Shown here: piece by piece, positions 52,920 to 64,000 of the stretch
Layout: every line of letters begins with the position of its first letter
Numbering within the stretch: position 1 is the stretch's first letter
DNA from: Hemiscyllium ocellatum
Taxonomy: Eukaryota
Length of the DNA: 64,000 nucleotides
Reading direction: 5' to 3'
NCBI RefSeq assembly: GCF_020745735.1
Contig: NC_083408.1
Coordinates: 5,841,131-5,905,130 of the forward strand
Program-made: the position numbers and the translations under genes
The notes under the pieces: model-generated
Databases searched by the model: none
Told to the model about the DNA's origin: nothing
Seen by the model: only the letters and a program-made list of their open reading frames with translations

Positions 52920-55900
52920 CAGCAGGAAGATTGAGAGCGTCGACCAGGGGCGAATGGTAAGGTGAATTACTGATTTAAATGCATACTTCGTGAACAGGCG
53001 TCTCACAAACTGAGCAGGAATGGACGCGGGACTGCAGACTGGATGAACTAATAGATTTGGGTGTTAGCAGTACTAGAAGCAGTACGTACGCCATGTCTCC
53101 GGCACATCCTCCTCCTCTAACCAAAAAAATGTTGTGTGCTCTGATTTTTTTTTCTACAGTCTCTTTGGGAATTTACTATCGCAGGAATGGTGTTTAGGGC
53201 AATTGAATATTCCTCCCACAGAAAGTCGGAGGTATGATTCACCACTATTTTCCCTGATAACATCATCTGCGGGAAGTGAACCCAAATCCAGCTCCACGTA
53301 AGAGAACGGGAACCAGTTTTGGATAAACTTCTGATCATTCAAGAGGCAGAGAGGGTTAACGAGAGACGTTACAAGTAAGGAGTCACACCTCAAGTGCAAG
53401 ACAAAGGCAGCTGTGTTATAGTCGGGGACAGAAGGGGGAACGGCAAGCAGTGCAAGGAACTCCTGTGGCGGGTCCACTCAAAAATTAGTGTCCCGTTTTG
53501 GATACTGTTCGGAGGGACGCCATACCAGGGTTAAGCAATGGGACACAGGGCGCTGGCATAGCATTTGACCCTGTTGCTGAGAAGGGAAGGGTGTAGATGA
53601 TCATAGCATTAGTCATTGCGGACTGCATCATATTGCGACAAATAAGAGGATTTTTGTGAATGACAGATTCATGATTTGTTTGTTGTCTCCCAGATGCCAG
53701 CGTTTGTGATTTCGTGGACTGTTTTTTCAGGATCCTTGAGGGGTAGGGGGAGCAGCCCCAAGACATGGTTCATATGGTCAACAGCGAGATAGGTAGGAAA
53801 AGGAATGGGGATTTCACGCAGAAATACAGGGATCTACGCTGGAAGCTGGGTGTGACAACAAACAGAGCTGTTATCTCTGGTTTGTTGCCTGTGCGAAATG
53901 CTAGCAAGGGGAGGAACAGAGAGAGTGGAGTTGAACATGTGGCCACAGGGATGTTAAGAGGTAGCGTTTCGGATACATGGATATTTGGGGCTTATTCTGG
54001 GATAGGTGAGACATCTACAAGCAGGATAGCCTGGAGCTGAACCAGTGGGGTTCAGTTATCCTTGGGGGAAAGTTTCAAATGCTCTTCGGAAGGGGTTGAC
54101 TGAGTTGAGCTGGGCATGAGAACCTAGATTGTAGTTCCGTTACAGAGGAGCTTGAGAGAAGTGAGGTCAGAAACGAGAGTTCAAGGTCGCAAGAAATCAC
54201 TGACAAGCAGGAATGTGGTTTGAAGCTTGTCTACATCAACTGCAGGAGCATCCGGAATGAGGTATGTGAACTTGCAGCATGGCTTGGTACCCAGGCATAC
54301 CATGTTGTTGCAATTTCGGGGTCATGGATAGCGCAGTGACAGGAATGGTTGTTATGGTTTCCGGGATTTATGTGCTCAGTAGGAAAAGAGAGGATGATAA
54401 AAGGCGGGAGGAGTGTCATTGTCCGTCAAGTACAGTATAATTCTGGCAGAAAAGATGTTTGAGGACTCGCCTACTAAGGTATTTACTGTTGAGGTTAGAA
54501 TTACGAAATGAGCGGTCAAACTGTTGTTACTTATCTACAGGACTTCGAATAGATCTAGCAATGCAGAGGAATGGATAGCAAAGCTGATTCTGTATAGGAG
54601 CATGAATAACATGCCAGTTGTTATGGAGGCCGATAACTTTCCAAATATTGACTGGAAAATCTAGAGTTCGAGTGCTTTAAATGGGTCAGGTCATGTCCAA
54701 CGTGTGAAAGATTGTTTCCTGACAGAGTAAGTCGACAAGCCAACAAGGGGAAAATCCACATTGGATTTAACCCTGCGAATCTAACAAGTGTTGATATGGA
54801 AGTGTAAGCATAAGCACTTTCCTGAGAGGAAACACCGTTCTGTTGTGTTTACTTTCACGTTAGCACAGAATAGGTATATGAAGTAGGCAAGATTCAGTGT
54901 CTGAGGAAAGGCAATTGTGATGCGATTAGACAAGATTTCTGGTGCATACGATGGGGAAGGATACCACAGGAAATGGGAACAATTGAATGTGGAGCTTATT
55001 ATCCGAACAACTCCTTTGTGCCCTTGAAAAGTGTGTTATAATCAGGCACTGCGGAAGTAATCGAGCGAGGAACCTTGGCTAACTAAGGCAGCTAAACTCT
55101 TATCAGGAGCAAGAAGAAGGCATAACATAGGATGAGACGTGAAGGCTCAGTCAGGGCAGTTGAGAGTTACAAGTTAGCCAACAATGACCTGAACAGAGAG
55201 CTAAGAAAAAGCAGGAAGGGACATAAGAAGTCGCTGGCTGACAGGATCAATGGAAGTCCTAAAGATTTATACAGGTATTTCAGAACTAATAATAAATAAG
55301 AGAGAATAATTAGGGCCAGTCAAGTATAGTTTTGGAAAATTGTACGCTGGGTCTGATGAGATATGGGAAGCCCTAATTAAATAAACTTTATCTGTTTTCA
55401 CACTGGAAGAAGACATTCCTTTCGAGAAGAATACTGAGATGCAGGCTACTAGACTACACGTGATTGAGTGCCACAACGAGGAGATATTGGCAATTCTAGA
55501 GAGTGTTAAAATAGATAATTCACCGGGCTGGATCCCATCATTCCTATAGTTTTCTGGGAAGCCAGGGAGAAGATTGCAGAGCCATTGGCTTTGATCGTTA
55601 TGTCGTCAATGTCTACAGGAAGAGTCTGATAAAACTGTAGGCTAACAAATTTTGCTACCTTCGTCAAGAAAGGGATGAGATGCTGAAAAGCTTGCACCAG
55701 TGAGCCTGACTTCGGTTGTGGGCAAAGTGTTGGAAAATGTTATCAGAGATGGCATTTATAAACATCTCGAGAGGAATATGTTCATTAGAGATATCAGAAA
55801 CGGTTTTGCGAAGAGTATGTCATTTATCACTAATCTTATTGAGTTATTTTAGATGACAACTAAACAGGTGGATGAGGGTAAAGTAGTTGGTGTGCTGTAT

Positions 55901-56905
55901 ATGCATTTCAGTAAGGCGTTCGACAAAGTTCCCCACAATTGGTGACTGCAAAAAATACGGAGGCATAGGATTTACGATGATTTAGCGGTTTGGATAAGAA
56001 ATTGGTTAGCTCAATTAAGAGAGATGGTGGTGGTTGATTGGAAATGTTCAACCTGGAGTTCACTTGCTATTGGTGCACTGCCAGGCTCACTGCTCCTTGT
56101 CATTTTTAATAAATGTCCGAAATGAGCCCATAGAATGATGGGTTAGTAAATTCGCGAATGACATTGAGGTCCGTGGATTTCTGAATAGTGCTGAAGGATG
56201 TTGCACATTACAGAGGGAAATAGATAAGCTGCACAGGTGGGCTGAAAAGTAGCAAATGGAATTTAATGCGTAAAAGTGTGAGGCGATTTTCATTGGAAGA
56301 AGTAACAGCACGAAAGAATTGCAGCTAATGGTTAAGTTCTTAGTAGTGAATAAGAGCAGAGAGATCTCGGTGTCCATGTTCACAGATCCCTGAAAGTTGC
56401 CACCCAATTTATTATTGTTGTTAAGAAAGTATATGGCGTGTTACCTTTTATTGGTAGAGGTAATGAGTTTCAGAGCCACGAAGCCATGCTGCAGCTGTAC
56501 AAAATCTGCCACGGCCACACTTAGACAACTGCGTACATTTTTGGTCAACATATTATAGGAAGTATGTGTAGGTTTGGGAAGGGTTACGAGAAGTTTTACT
56601 GGGATGTTAGCCTGGTTTGGAGGGAAGGTATATGAGCCAAGGCGGAGAGACTTGAGGCTGTTTTCATTAGAGAGAAGAAGGTTGAGAAGTGACTTAATTC
56701 ATTCATGTAAAATAATCAGAGAGTTATATATGGTTGACAGTGAAAGCATTTTTCCACGGATGGCCATGGTTTGAACGAGGTGAGATAGCGAAAGATTGAG
56801 GGTGGTAAGTATTGGAGAGATGTCGTTTCATTACCCAGAGTCATGGGGCATGGAAATCCCTGCCTGCATCAATTGTTGCCTCGCCTTGTTTAATGGCACT
56901 AAAAC
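52920..56905 (+). mobile_element. Old, near full-length degenerate CR1 LINE inserted in the 38-bp satellite
   Basis: Collinear similarity to the 34.6-38.9 kb element from the ORF1 start (about 53188) through the esterase (NRAVISGLLPV), endonuclease and RT to the 3' end; many stops and indels. Confidence 0.88.
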
Positions 56906-58830
56906 GGACTGAGAACACATTTCCAGTCTGTTCTCCTGGAAACATCCTTTGTACACATCCCCCGCTCTGTTCCCCAACCAATGGCCTGTGAATCCATCCC
57001 TGTCTCCTTCCTGAGCAATGACTTTTGAATCAATCCTTACTCTCTTCCTCGAGCAATAGCCTGTGAACCCATCTTCTCACTGGTCTCCAAGTAACGGCCT
57101 GTGAACCCACCTCCACCTCTGTTGTCCTAGCAACGATCTCGGAAATCATTCTCACCCTGTTCATCCAGCAACGGCCTGTGAGCAAATGGCCACTCTGAGC
57201 CCCAAGCAACGGCCTGTCACCCCATCCATCCTGTGTTCCGCGAACTGCGGCGGATGACCGCTGCCCACTGTTATCTCCCAGCAAAGTCCGGTCGCACTCC
57301 GAAATCGTAGCAACGTTCTGTGAACGCATCCCTGCTCTTTTCACACTGCTTGTGAAACTTTTCACACTGCGTTCTCCCAGTAACGGCCAATGAACCCATT
57401 TACATTGTTTTCTCTTGACAGCGACCTGCGACCCCATCTCTCTATGCTCCACCAGCAATGGCCTGTGAGCCTTTCTCCACTCATCCCTATTAGCAATAGC
57501 CTGTGAACCCATTCCCACTCTGTTTTCCTGGGAGCGTCCGGTGTTCCCTTCCTCAGTCATTTCTCCTGGCAACTGTCCCTGAAGCCATTCTCTCTGTCTT
57601 CCAACATGAACCGCCTGTCAACACATCAATAGTCTGCTTCCAAACATACAGTTTGTGGACCCATCCTCACTCTGTTCCCCACATTACATAAAGTAACACT
57701 ATCCGCACTCTGCTCTCCGAACAACGACCTGCAAAACTAGACCTGCCCTGCTTTCATGGCAATAGCCCAAAAACACATATCGGCTCCGCATTCCAGGCAA
57801 TCGTCTCTTAAGCCATCATCGCGCTGTTTCCCTAGCATTAGCCAGCAAACCAATCTCCTTTTGTTGCCCGAGCAACTGCCTGTCATCAAATCGCCGCTTT
57901 GTTCTCCAGCAACAACCTCTGAAACCATCCTCACTGTCTTCCACGAGCAATGACCTGTGGACCCATCCATTCTCTGTTGTCGGCCCAACATCCTGTGACA
58001 ATGTTAAAACTCTATTCTCCCAGTAAGGGCCTATTAACCGATACCAACTCTGTACGTCCAGCAATTGCCTAGGAACTCACCCCACGCTTTTCTCCTCGCA
58101 ACAGTCTGTGACCCCATGCACGCTCTTTTCCACTATCAATGACTTCTAAGCCTGGCAACGACCTGTAACCACATCCCGACTCTGATGTCCTCGCAACATC
58201 CTGAACCGGCCCCATTCCAGTCCCCTACCAGTCGTCTGTGAATCCACTCCTAATGTTTTCCCCTTCCAATTGTCTGTGTATCTATCACCATTCTGTTCTC
58301 CTAACAGCGGCCTGTGACCCCATCGCCACACTGTATCCCTAGTAACGGTCAGTGAATCAATCCAAATACTCAGCACCGTGCAACGACCTGCGAACGCATC
58401 CCGACTATGTTCTCTTGGAACCGTCCTATGACAATATCCCCAATCTGTTCTCCAAGTAACAGCCTGTGAACTGATAAGAACTCTTTCCTTCGAGCAGTTG
58501 CCTGTGAACTCACGCCCACGCTTTTTTTTTTGAACAACGGTCTATGACTCTATCCCCTCTCTGTTCTCCTAACAACTGCCTGTGACCACATCGCCATCCT
58601 TTGTTTTCCCTAGATACGGTCTGTGAAGCAATTTCCAAGCCCCACATTGCTCTCCTTGCAACAGTCTATGCCCCCATCGCCAAACTGTTCCTGAATCAAT
58701 AGCTTGTCATACCATCCGAACTCTTTTGTCCTTGCAACGGCCTGTGTCGCCATCCTCTCTCTCATGTCTTAACACCGGCCTTTGACAACATCGCTTTTTC
58801 TCCCCCACGCTTCAATCTGTGAACAAATCC
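56906..58830. repeat. Degenerate 38-bp tandem satellite, right block (roughly 50 units)
   Basis: Same consensus and orientation as the left block; CTGTGAACCC at 57061 and 57099 gives a period of 38. Confidence 0.9.
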
Positions 58831-58849
58831 CAAATCAAAATCGTGTTCA

Positions 58850-60390
58850 ATCCTCTGTCGTGAAGAAACATAAATGAAAAGAAAACGTATTTCCCTCTGT
58901 AACTGCCTGAGTGAACCTCAAATAGTGTCTCCTTCTCCCTGAAACGAGATCTCTTTCATCAGGATCTTCTTTTTTTGTTAAATTCACTGCCGTTCCGCCA
59001 TTCAGAAATATTTTCAGATATGGATGTTTGGGTGAATGTACATCCAAGGTTATTCAGCGTACTTTTGGGTGCAGAATGTTGCGGTATATGTCGGTTGCAG
59101 AGTATTCTGGGGAACGTCGGTTATAAAATATTCCGGGGTATGTTTGGTATAGATTGTGATAGAATCAGGAAGACCCACGTCAGAAAGGCCCTTCTGCCCA
59201 TTGAGTTTGGTGAGACGCACTCAGCCGCATGGTGGGAATCACTCCATAAATTCAACTTATCTGGCATTTTGCAGAACAAAATAAAATACAGACTCGGCCA
59301 ATCGTACATATTCTATTACTTTTTTATACGTCTACCAGACCTCCATTTCAGCTTTGTAAAATGTTCTGGATATTCAGTTCCCAATATCAGTCACCCTGTC
59401 ACTCTGATGCTGTTAAATCAGATCCACTTCCCGCAATGTATGCACTAAATCTCTCCTACTATTTTGAGAATATAGCACACATACAGAGTGCCTTTCATTC
59501 AGATTTTACTCATTATTTCCTGTTCCATGTATTCACCTGTCAAGAAACAGTCTGATTTCGTCATACTCACCTAATCAGACCAGTTGGGTAATGTTTCATG
59601 AAGCTATATCACCATCCATGTGTATACCCTGACCCAACGATAAGACACACACAAGAGTGGTGGGGGCAAGGTGTGATACAGTCAGGAATGGAGTTACCCT
59701 AAAATTCTCAAAAATTGATTACGGAACCCGAGAAATCACTTGGAAACCGATTAGAGATGCTCAATGAAATCTGATGGTGGACATTTCCTGCCCTACCCAC
59801 GACCATTTGGTAATGAATCAGCTCCTCTCGATGTTAAAAGCAAATCCGAGGAAGCACTGAGGAGTACAAGGACACAGAACTCCTTATGTAGTACATCACC
59901 ACACCATGTCCATCACCAAGAGTGATTCCATGGGCCCACCAATGTCTCGGCAGGGTGAGGTCTCCATTACACAGCAGTAAACTGTGGGAAGTGATGGGGG
60001 CAATACCAAGGGGAAGCATTCTCACCAAACTATTGTCACAGATGTATCTGTCACTGACAGTATCTGTAGGAGCAGCCAGCACACAGGCAAAGTCTCAGCC
60101 TCATATTGAAGATGTCACTCACTGTGTTATGTGGCACTATGTCCTGTGAAAGCACCAAGAAAACAGACACTGAGAACCCATAAGGCACTGCGGGCTATCA
60201 GCAGCTGTGGCATAAATGGTCTTCCCTCCATCATAAAGTAAAAAAGGGGCTTTTCACTGATGGCCACAAAATGTTCCGCACCATTTACAGCTGCCCTATG
60301 TTGAGGCAAGGCTATTTAGCCCATCAACAACTTTAAATGGGAGAAGAATGAAGTCATTCAACTATTTGTCGCTGTTACCCAGCAATTGGA
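58850..60390 (-). other. Inverted paralog of GPCR intron segment about 12190-14220
   Basis: Several collinear anchors, including the 26-bp minisatellite at about 59060-59170. Confidence 0.8.
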
Positions 60391-61202
60391 GCAGATAATT
60401 TACGTTCTTATGTCTGTTCCACAGCATTTGGAAGGGAACGTTCAACATTTCAAGGCTGTCACACACGAATCCGGCGCGGAGTTTTTATTGCGCCGAAAGT
60501 GTGGATGAATTAGTGGATAATTAATCTTCATGAGTTTAATAGAAATTAATTACCATGGTAACACAGTGACTCAGTGACCAGTGCTGGGACCTCAATGTTT
60601 TGAAATACGTGTACATAACAATGGTACGATAAATGGAACAAAATTATACATAGATTTATCAATGATGCAAATGTTGACAGGAAACGAAGTAATCAAGAGA
60701 CAAGTAATTGGTAAATGGATAACCAATGGTTAATTCGGCAGACCGAATACAGCGTTTGAAACAGGGGACCTTTGAAATTTTAAGGACGAATGGAAGACTG
60801 TATCTTACTGAAATGAAGAGTGATTACTGTTTACTGGAGTGTACACTCTGACATTGAGACATCTGAAGTGGTGCTCTGTCTCCATGATAATGTGCTCACT
60901 GATGTTTCCACTGGCCCCATTACTATCAGATCACACTGGATATTTTGATGTGGTTGGTTGTCGGTATGCAGTGATGAGGGGAAAGTTGTTTTAGCCGTGA
61001 ATCAACGGCACAGCCTTTATGCGAGAGGTCATCTTTTTTTTGATACGTGCAGACACGAAGGCGATGGGAAAGACTCACTGTTTCTGCATGAAGAGGATGC
61101 ACCTTCTGCCAACACAGTGGATGATCTAAACATGATGTACTGTGTTGGTCACACTGCAACATCAATAGTCTGAGAGTTGGAGGATTCAGCCTTGAGAACG
61201 AC

Positions 61203-61458
61203 AACATGGTGGCAATGTGGGTAGCACTGCTGCATCACAGCGACGGAGACCCGAGTTCAATTCCCCTCTCGGGTAACAATCCGTGTGGGTTTCTCCGTGT
61301 GCTCCGTTTTCCTCCCACAGTCCAAAAATGTGAAGGTTAGGTGAATTTTAGGTGTAAATGTATGGGAATGGGTCGGTGTGGATTGCCCTTCGGAGGGTTG
61401 GTGTGGACTTGTTGGGAGGAAGTGCCTGTTTCCACACCGTAAGTAATCTAAAAAAAAG
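61203..61458 (+). mobile_element. HE1-type SINE with internal deletions
   Basis: Head, GTGTGGACTTGTTGG tail and TCTAAAAAAAA end. Confidence 0.85.
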
Positions 61459-62229
61459 ACATGCCATATCAGTTGTAATGATTCATTATATCGCATTCTC
61501 AGTCCACCTCACAGGTCCAGCCCTGACATTATCAACACAGAGGAGATTTCGGTTCAGCACAGAACACTGTGTAGACTAAGCTCCATTTCTTCAAACAAAC
61601 TGTAATCTGTCCAGAGTGGAAAACTGTGCAGACAACCGTGCATTGCACTAAAAACCCTGACTAGATATCTGTCCAGCACCTGGAGCTATTCACACCATCA
61701 GTCCAGCCGTACTGAGGGCCCAGTGAGTGAAGCACTTTGGAAGAGGTTGAGATGAATTTTATTTCACTCTCTCCATCTTTCAACATATTCTAATGTACTC
61801 TTTCAAATTATCGTGGGAATGGATTGTAAAGTCCTGAAACAAACCCAGTGGCAGCACAAGGGCCAGCAATGGACATCGTCATCTCCTTCTGTTTAGATCT
61901 CAAGGGAAGCATTGCAAGGAATTGGACAAAATTGCTCTCAGTCTCCAAAGTAATTGTTTGAAGAAGGAAACAGCTGTGAAATGTACTAAAGGTGGCGGCA
62001 GAGTCGGAAGGATCCATCCAGTGCTCCTCTGCACCGCTCAATCTTCGACTTGTTGTCTATGTTTCTCTATTCTGGAGTGCATTATTGCAATTCTGGAACA
62101 TTTCGAATTTATTGGAGGCAAAAGAAGGAGCTGAGTCGCAGAGAAGAGACTGGCACTTTGAGGTGAGTCCACCATGCAATTCCGATACTGGAGGCAGGTG
62201 TGGGGAGGGTACGCCCAGAGGTGTTTCCC

Positions 62230-62730
62230 ACACCAGAGACTGGCGCGTGGAGGCGCGCTCAGAGTGGTGTTCCAGACCAGAGTCTCACGTGGGTAGTTTC
62301 TCTCGGCAAGGTTTCCCAGACTCGAGACTGGCGCGGGGAGGCAAGTTCCAATGGGAGTCCCAGACTGAAGGTTGGTGCAGGGAGGCGATTTCCGGAGTGG
62401 AGTTCCAGACTGCAGTCTGGTTCAGGGAGGCTAGTCCAGGAGGGTGTCGCAGACTGGAGGCTCGTGCGGGGAGGAGAGTTCCAGAGGGCAGCCACGGTGT
62501 GGAGACTGTCACGGGAACAGTCAGCTCAGAACAGTCTGGAGACTCGGCCCATGCAATTTGGAGACTGTCCCAAGTGCATTCTGAAGATTGGGCCTGGTGC
62601 GGTCTGGAGACTAGGCCAGGTGTTATCAGGACATTGGGCCAAATGCAATATGGAGACTGGGCTCGTTGCGTTCTGAAGGATCGGCTCAGTGCAGTCTGGA
62701 GGCAGGGCCACGTGCACTCTGGAGACTTGC
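62230..62730. repeat. GC-rich minisatellite: 23-bp units (TCTGGAGACTGGGCCCGGTGCAG-like) at about 62535-62730, preceded by longer related units
   Basis: About eight consecutive 23-nt units; explains the overlapping spurious ORFs here. Confidence 0.75.
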
Positions 62731-63379
62731 TAATCAGGTCCATTGTTGTTTTCTTTCCTGTTCTTCTGTTGGATTTTCATTTATTATTTGCTCAATCTAC
62801 CACCAAATACTTGAGCATCTGCACCTCTGCACCTGTAACTAAGATGGCGCCATAAGCAAAGAGATTGCAAACATTTTTACTGCGCCCATTAGAATGCACG
62901 TGACAATGTAGCCACTTCAACTCAACTGTGAGAGTCAATGCTTTGATGCCTTTTTTCCAAGCATACGAAACGTTGATTCTCCTGTTCGTCTGATGCTGCC
63001 TGACCTGCTACGCTTTTCCAGCAACACATTTTTGAGCTCTGATCTTCACCATCTGCAGTCCTCACCTTCTCCTACTTGCATTTTTCCAAACAAAGCTCTT
63101 GCTTGAGCAGTGGTGGGAGAGGTCAACAGAGGATGGTATTGCTCAAGAGGGAGAGACAGACGGAGAGAGAGATAAGTGAAAGATTTTGACCTTCATTTCA
63201 ATGGATTCACTCCCAAAACAACTGAAACCAAATGCTCAGAGATGCACACACTAATACGCTGAAGAACACACAACAGCACATTCGGTACCTCATGCCCACC
63301 TTGTTATTCAGTACAATCATCGATTCAAATTTATTTCCTCTTGGGAGGTAAGGCAGGGCAAGCAACTGAGGTATGAGAG

Positions 63380-63920
63380 TGGGAATACATTGGGACCAGT
63401 GACTGTAATTCTCTTAGGCAGAAAATAATTATGGAAAAGGAAGGCGTGATCCACTGTTAACGTTATAAATTTGTGTAAGGCCAATTTTGACGATGTGAGG
63501 AAGGAGCTTTCGAAAGATGATTGGAGTAAACTATTCACAGGTAAGGAGAGGTCTGGCAAGTGGATTTTCTTTTTCCAACGCGAGATAACGAGTGTCCTGG
63601 GACATAATTGCCGTTTGAGTGTGAAAGGCAGTGCTAACAGGATTAGAGAAGAAGATATGACAGGCGATATTGAGGGAAGTACATGTCAGGTATCAGCAGC
63701 TTGGATCAAAGTGAACCCCTTCAGCAGCATGTGGGATGCCGAGCAACACATGCAAGGGAAATCAGATGCGAAAAAGGTGACATGAGTTAACTTCGGCAAC
63801 TAGGGTTAACGAGAATCGAAAAATATTCTGAAAGTAAATTAAGTTAATAAGAGAAACTTAACATTGACTCGGGGCCCTTAAATATCAAGGAGCCATCTAT
63901 GTGTGAAACCACAGCAGATG
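63380..63920 (+). mobile_element. Degenerate CR1 ORF2 fragment
   Basis: KANFDDVRKELSKDDWSKLF matches the linker between endonuclease and RT. Confidence 0.7.
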
Positions 63921-64000
63921 AATTAGGTTAATTCGGTTTATTGTGACATGAAGTCAGTGAAAAGCATACGAGTTGATACATGTGTTGCAATCTTAGGTAC

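Noticed and set aside
48600-58830. CRISPR-like array, or coding repeats from the many short ORFs
   Set aside because: Contiguous degenerate tandem units without unique spacers, no cas genes, eukaryotic context, and a period not divisible by 3.
58975-59448. 157-aa ORF
   Set aside because: It lies in sequence homologous to the non-coding GPCR intron.
61992-62855. 287-aa ORF and overlapping ORFs
   Set aside because: Produced by a stop-poor GC-rich minisatellite; no recognisable domain.

Overview
Vertebrate genomic DNA, almost certainly from a shark or other cartilaginous fish; the HE1-type SINEs with (TCTAA)n tails, HER1/CR1 LINEs and Penelope elements point to this, but the taxon is an inference. 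It is mostly retroelement-derived. Genic content: (1) a two-exon rhodopsin-class GPCR of the expanded chondrichthyan GPR139-like family (exon 1 613-793, exon 2 14599-15572), whose intron donor reads AT instead of GT; (2) an intronic tRNA-Arg(CCT) on the minus strand abutting a SINE; (3) a cryptic five-exon GT-AG gene remnant on the minus strand (about 18.6-19.75 kb) that is invisible in the ORF track and that I cannot assign to a family; (4) an inverted paralog (about 58.85-60.39 kb) of about 2 kb of the GPCR intron, cut off by a satellite. Repeats: a full-length, slightly disabled CR1 with a duplicated TATA-containing 5' unit, nested in a SINE; an older full-length CR1 inside an about 6-kb degenerate 38-bp satellite; 26-bp and 23-bp minisatellites; a solo LTR; a Rex1/Babar relic; several Penelope pieces with degenerate hammerhead ribozyme motifs; and two local duplications inserted into neighbouring transposons. 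No prokaryotic or CRISPR system is present. All alignments were read by eye and boundaries of old repeats are approximate.
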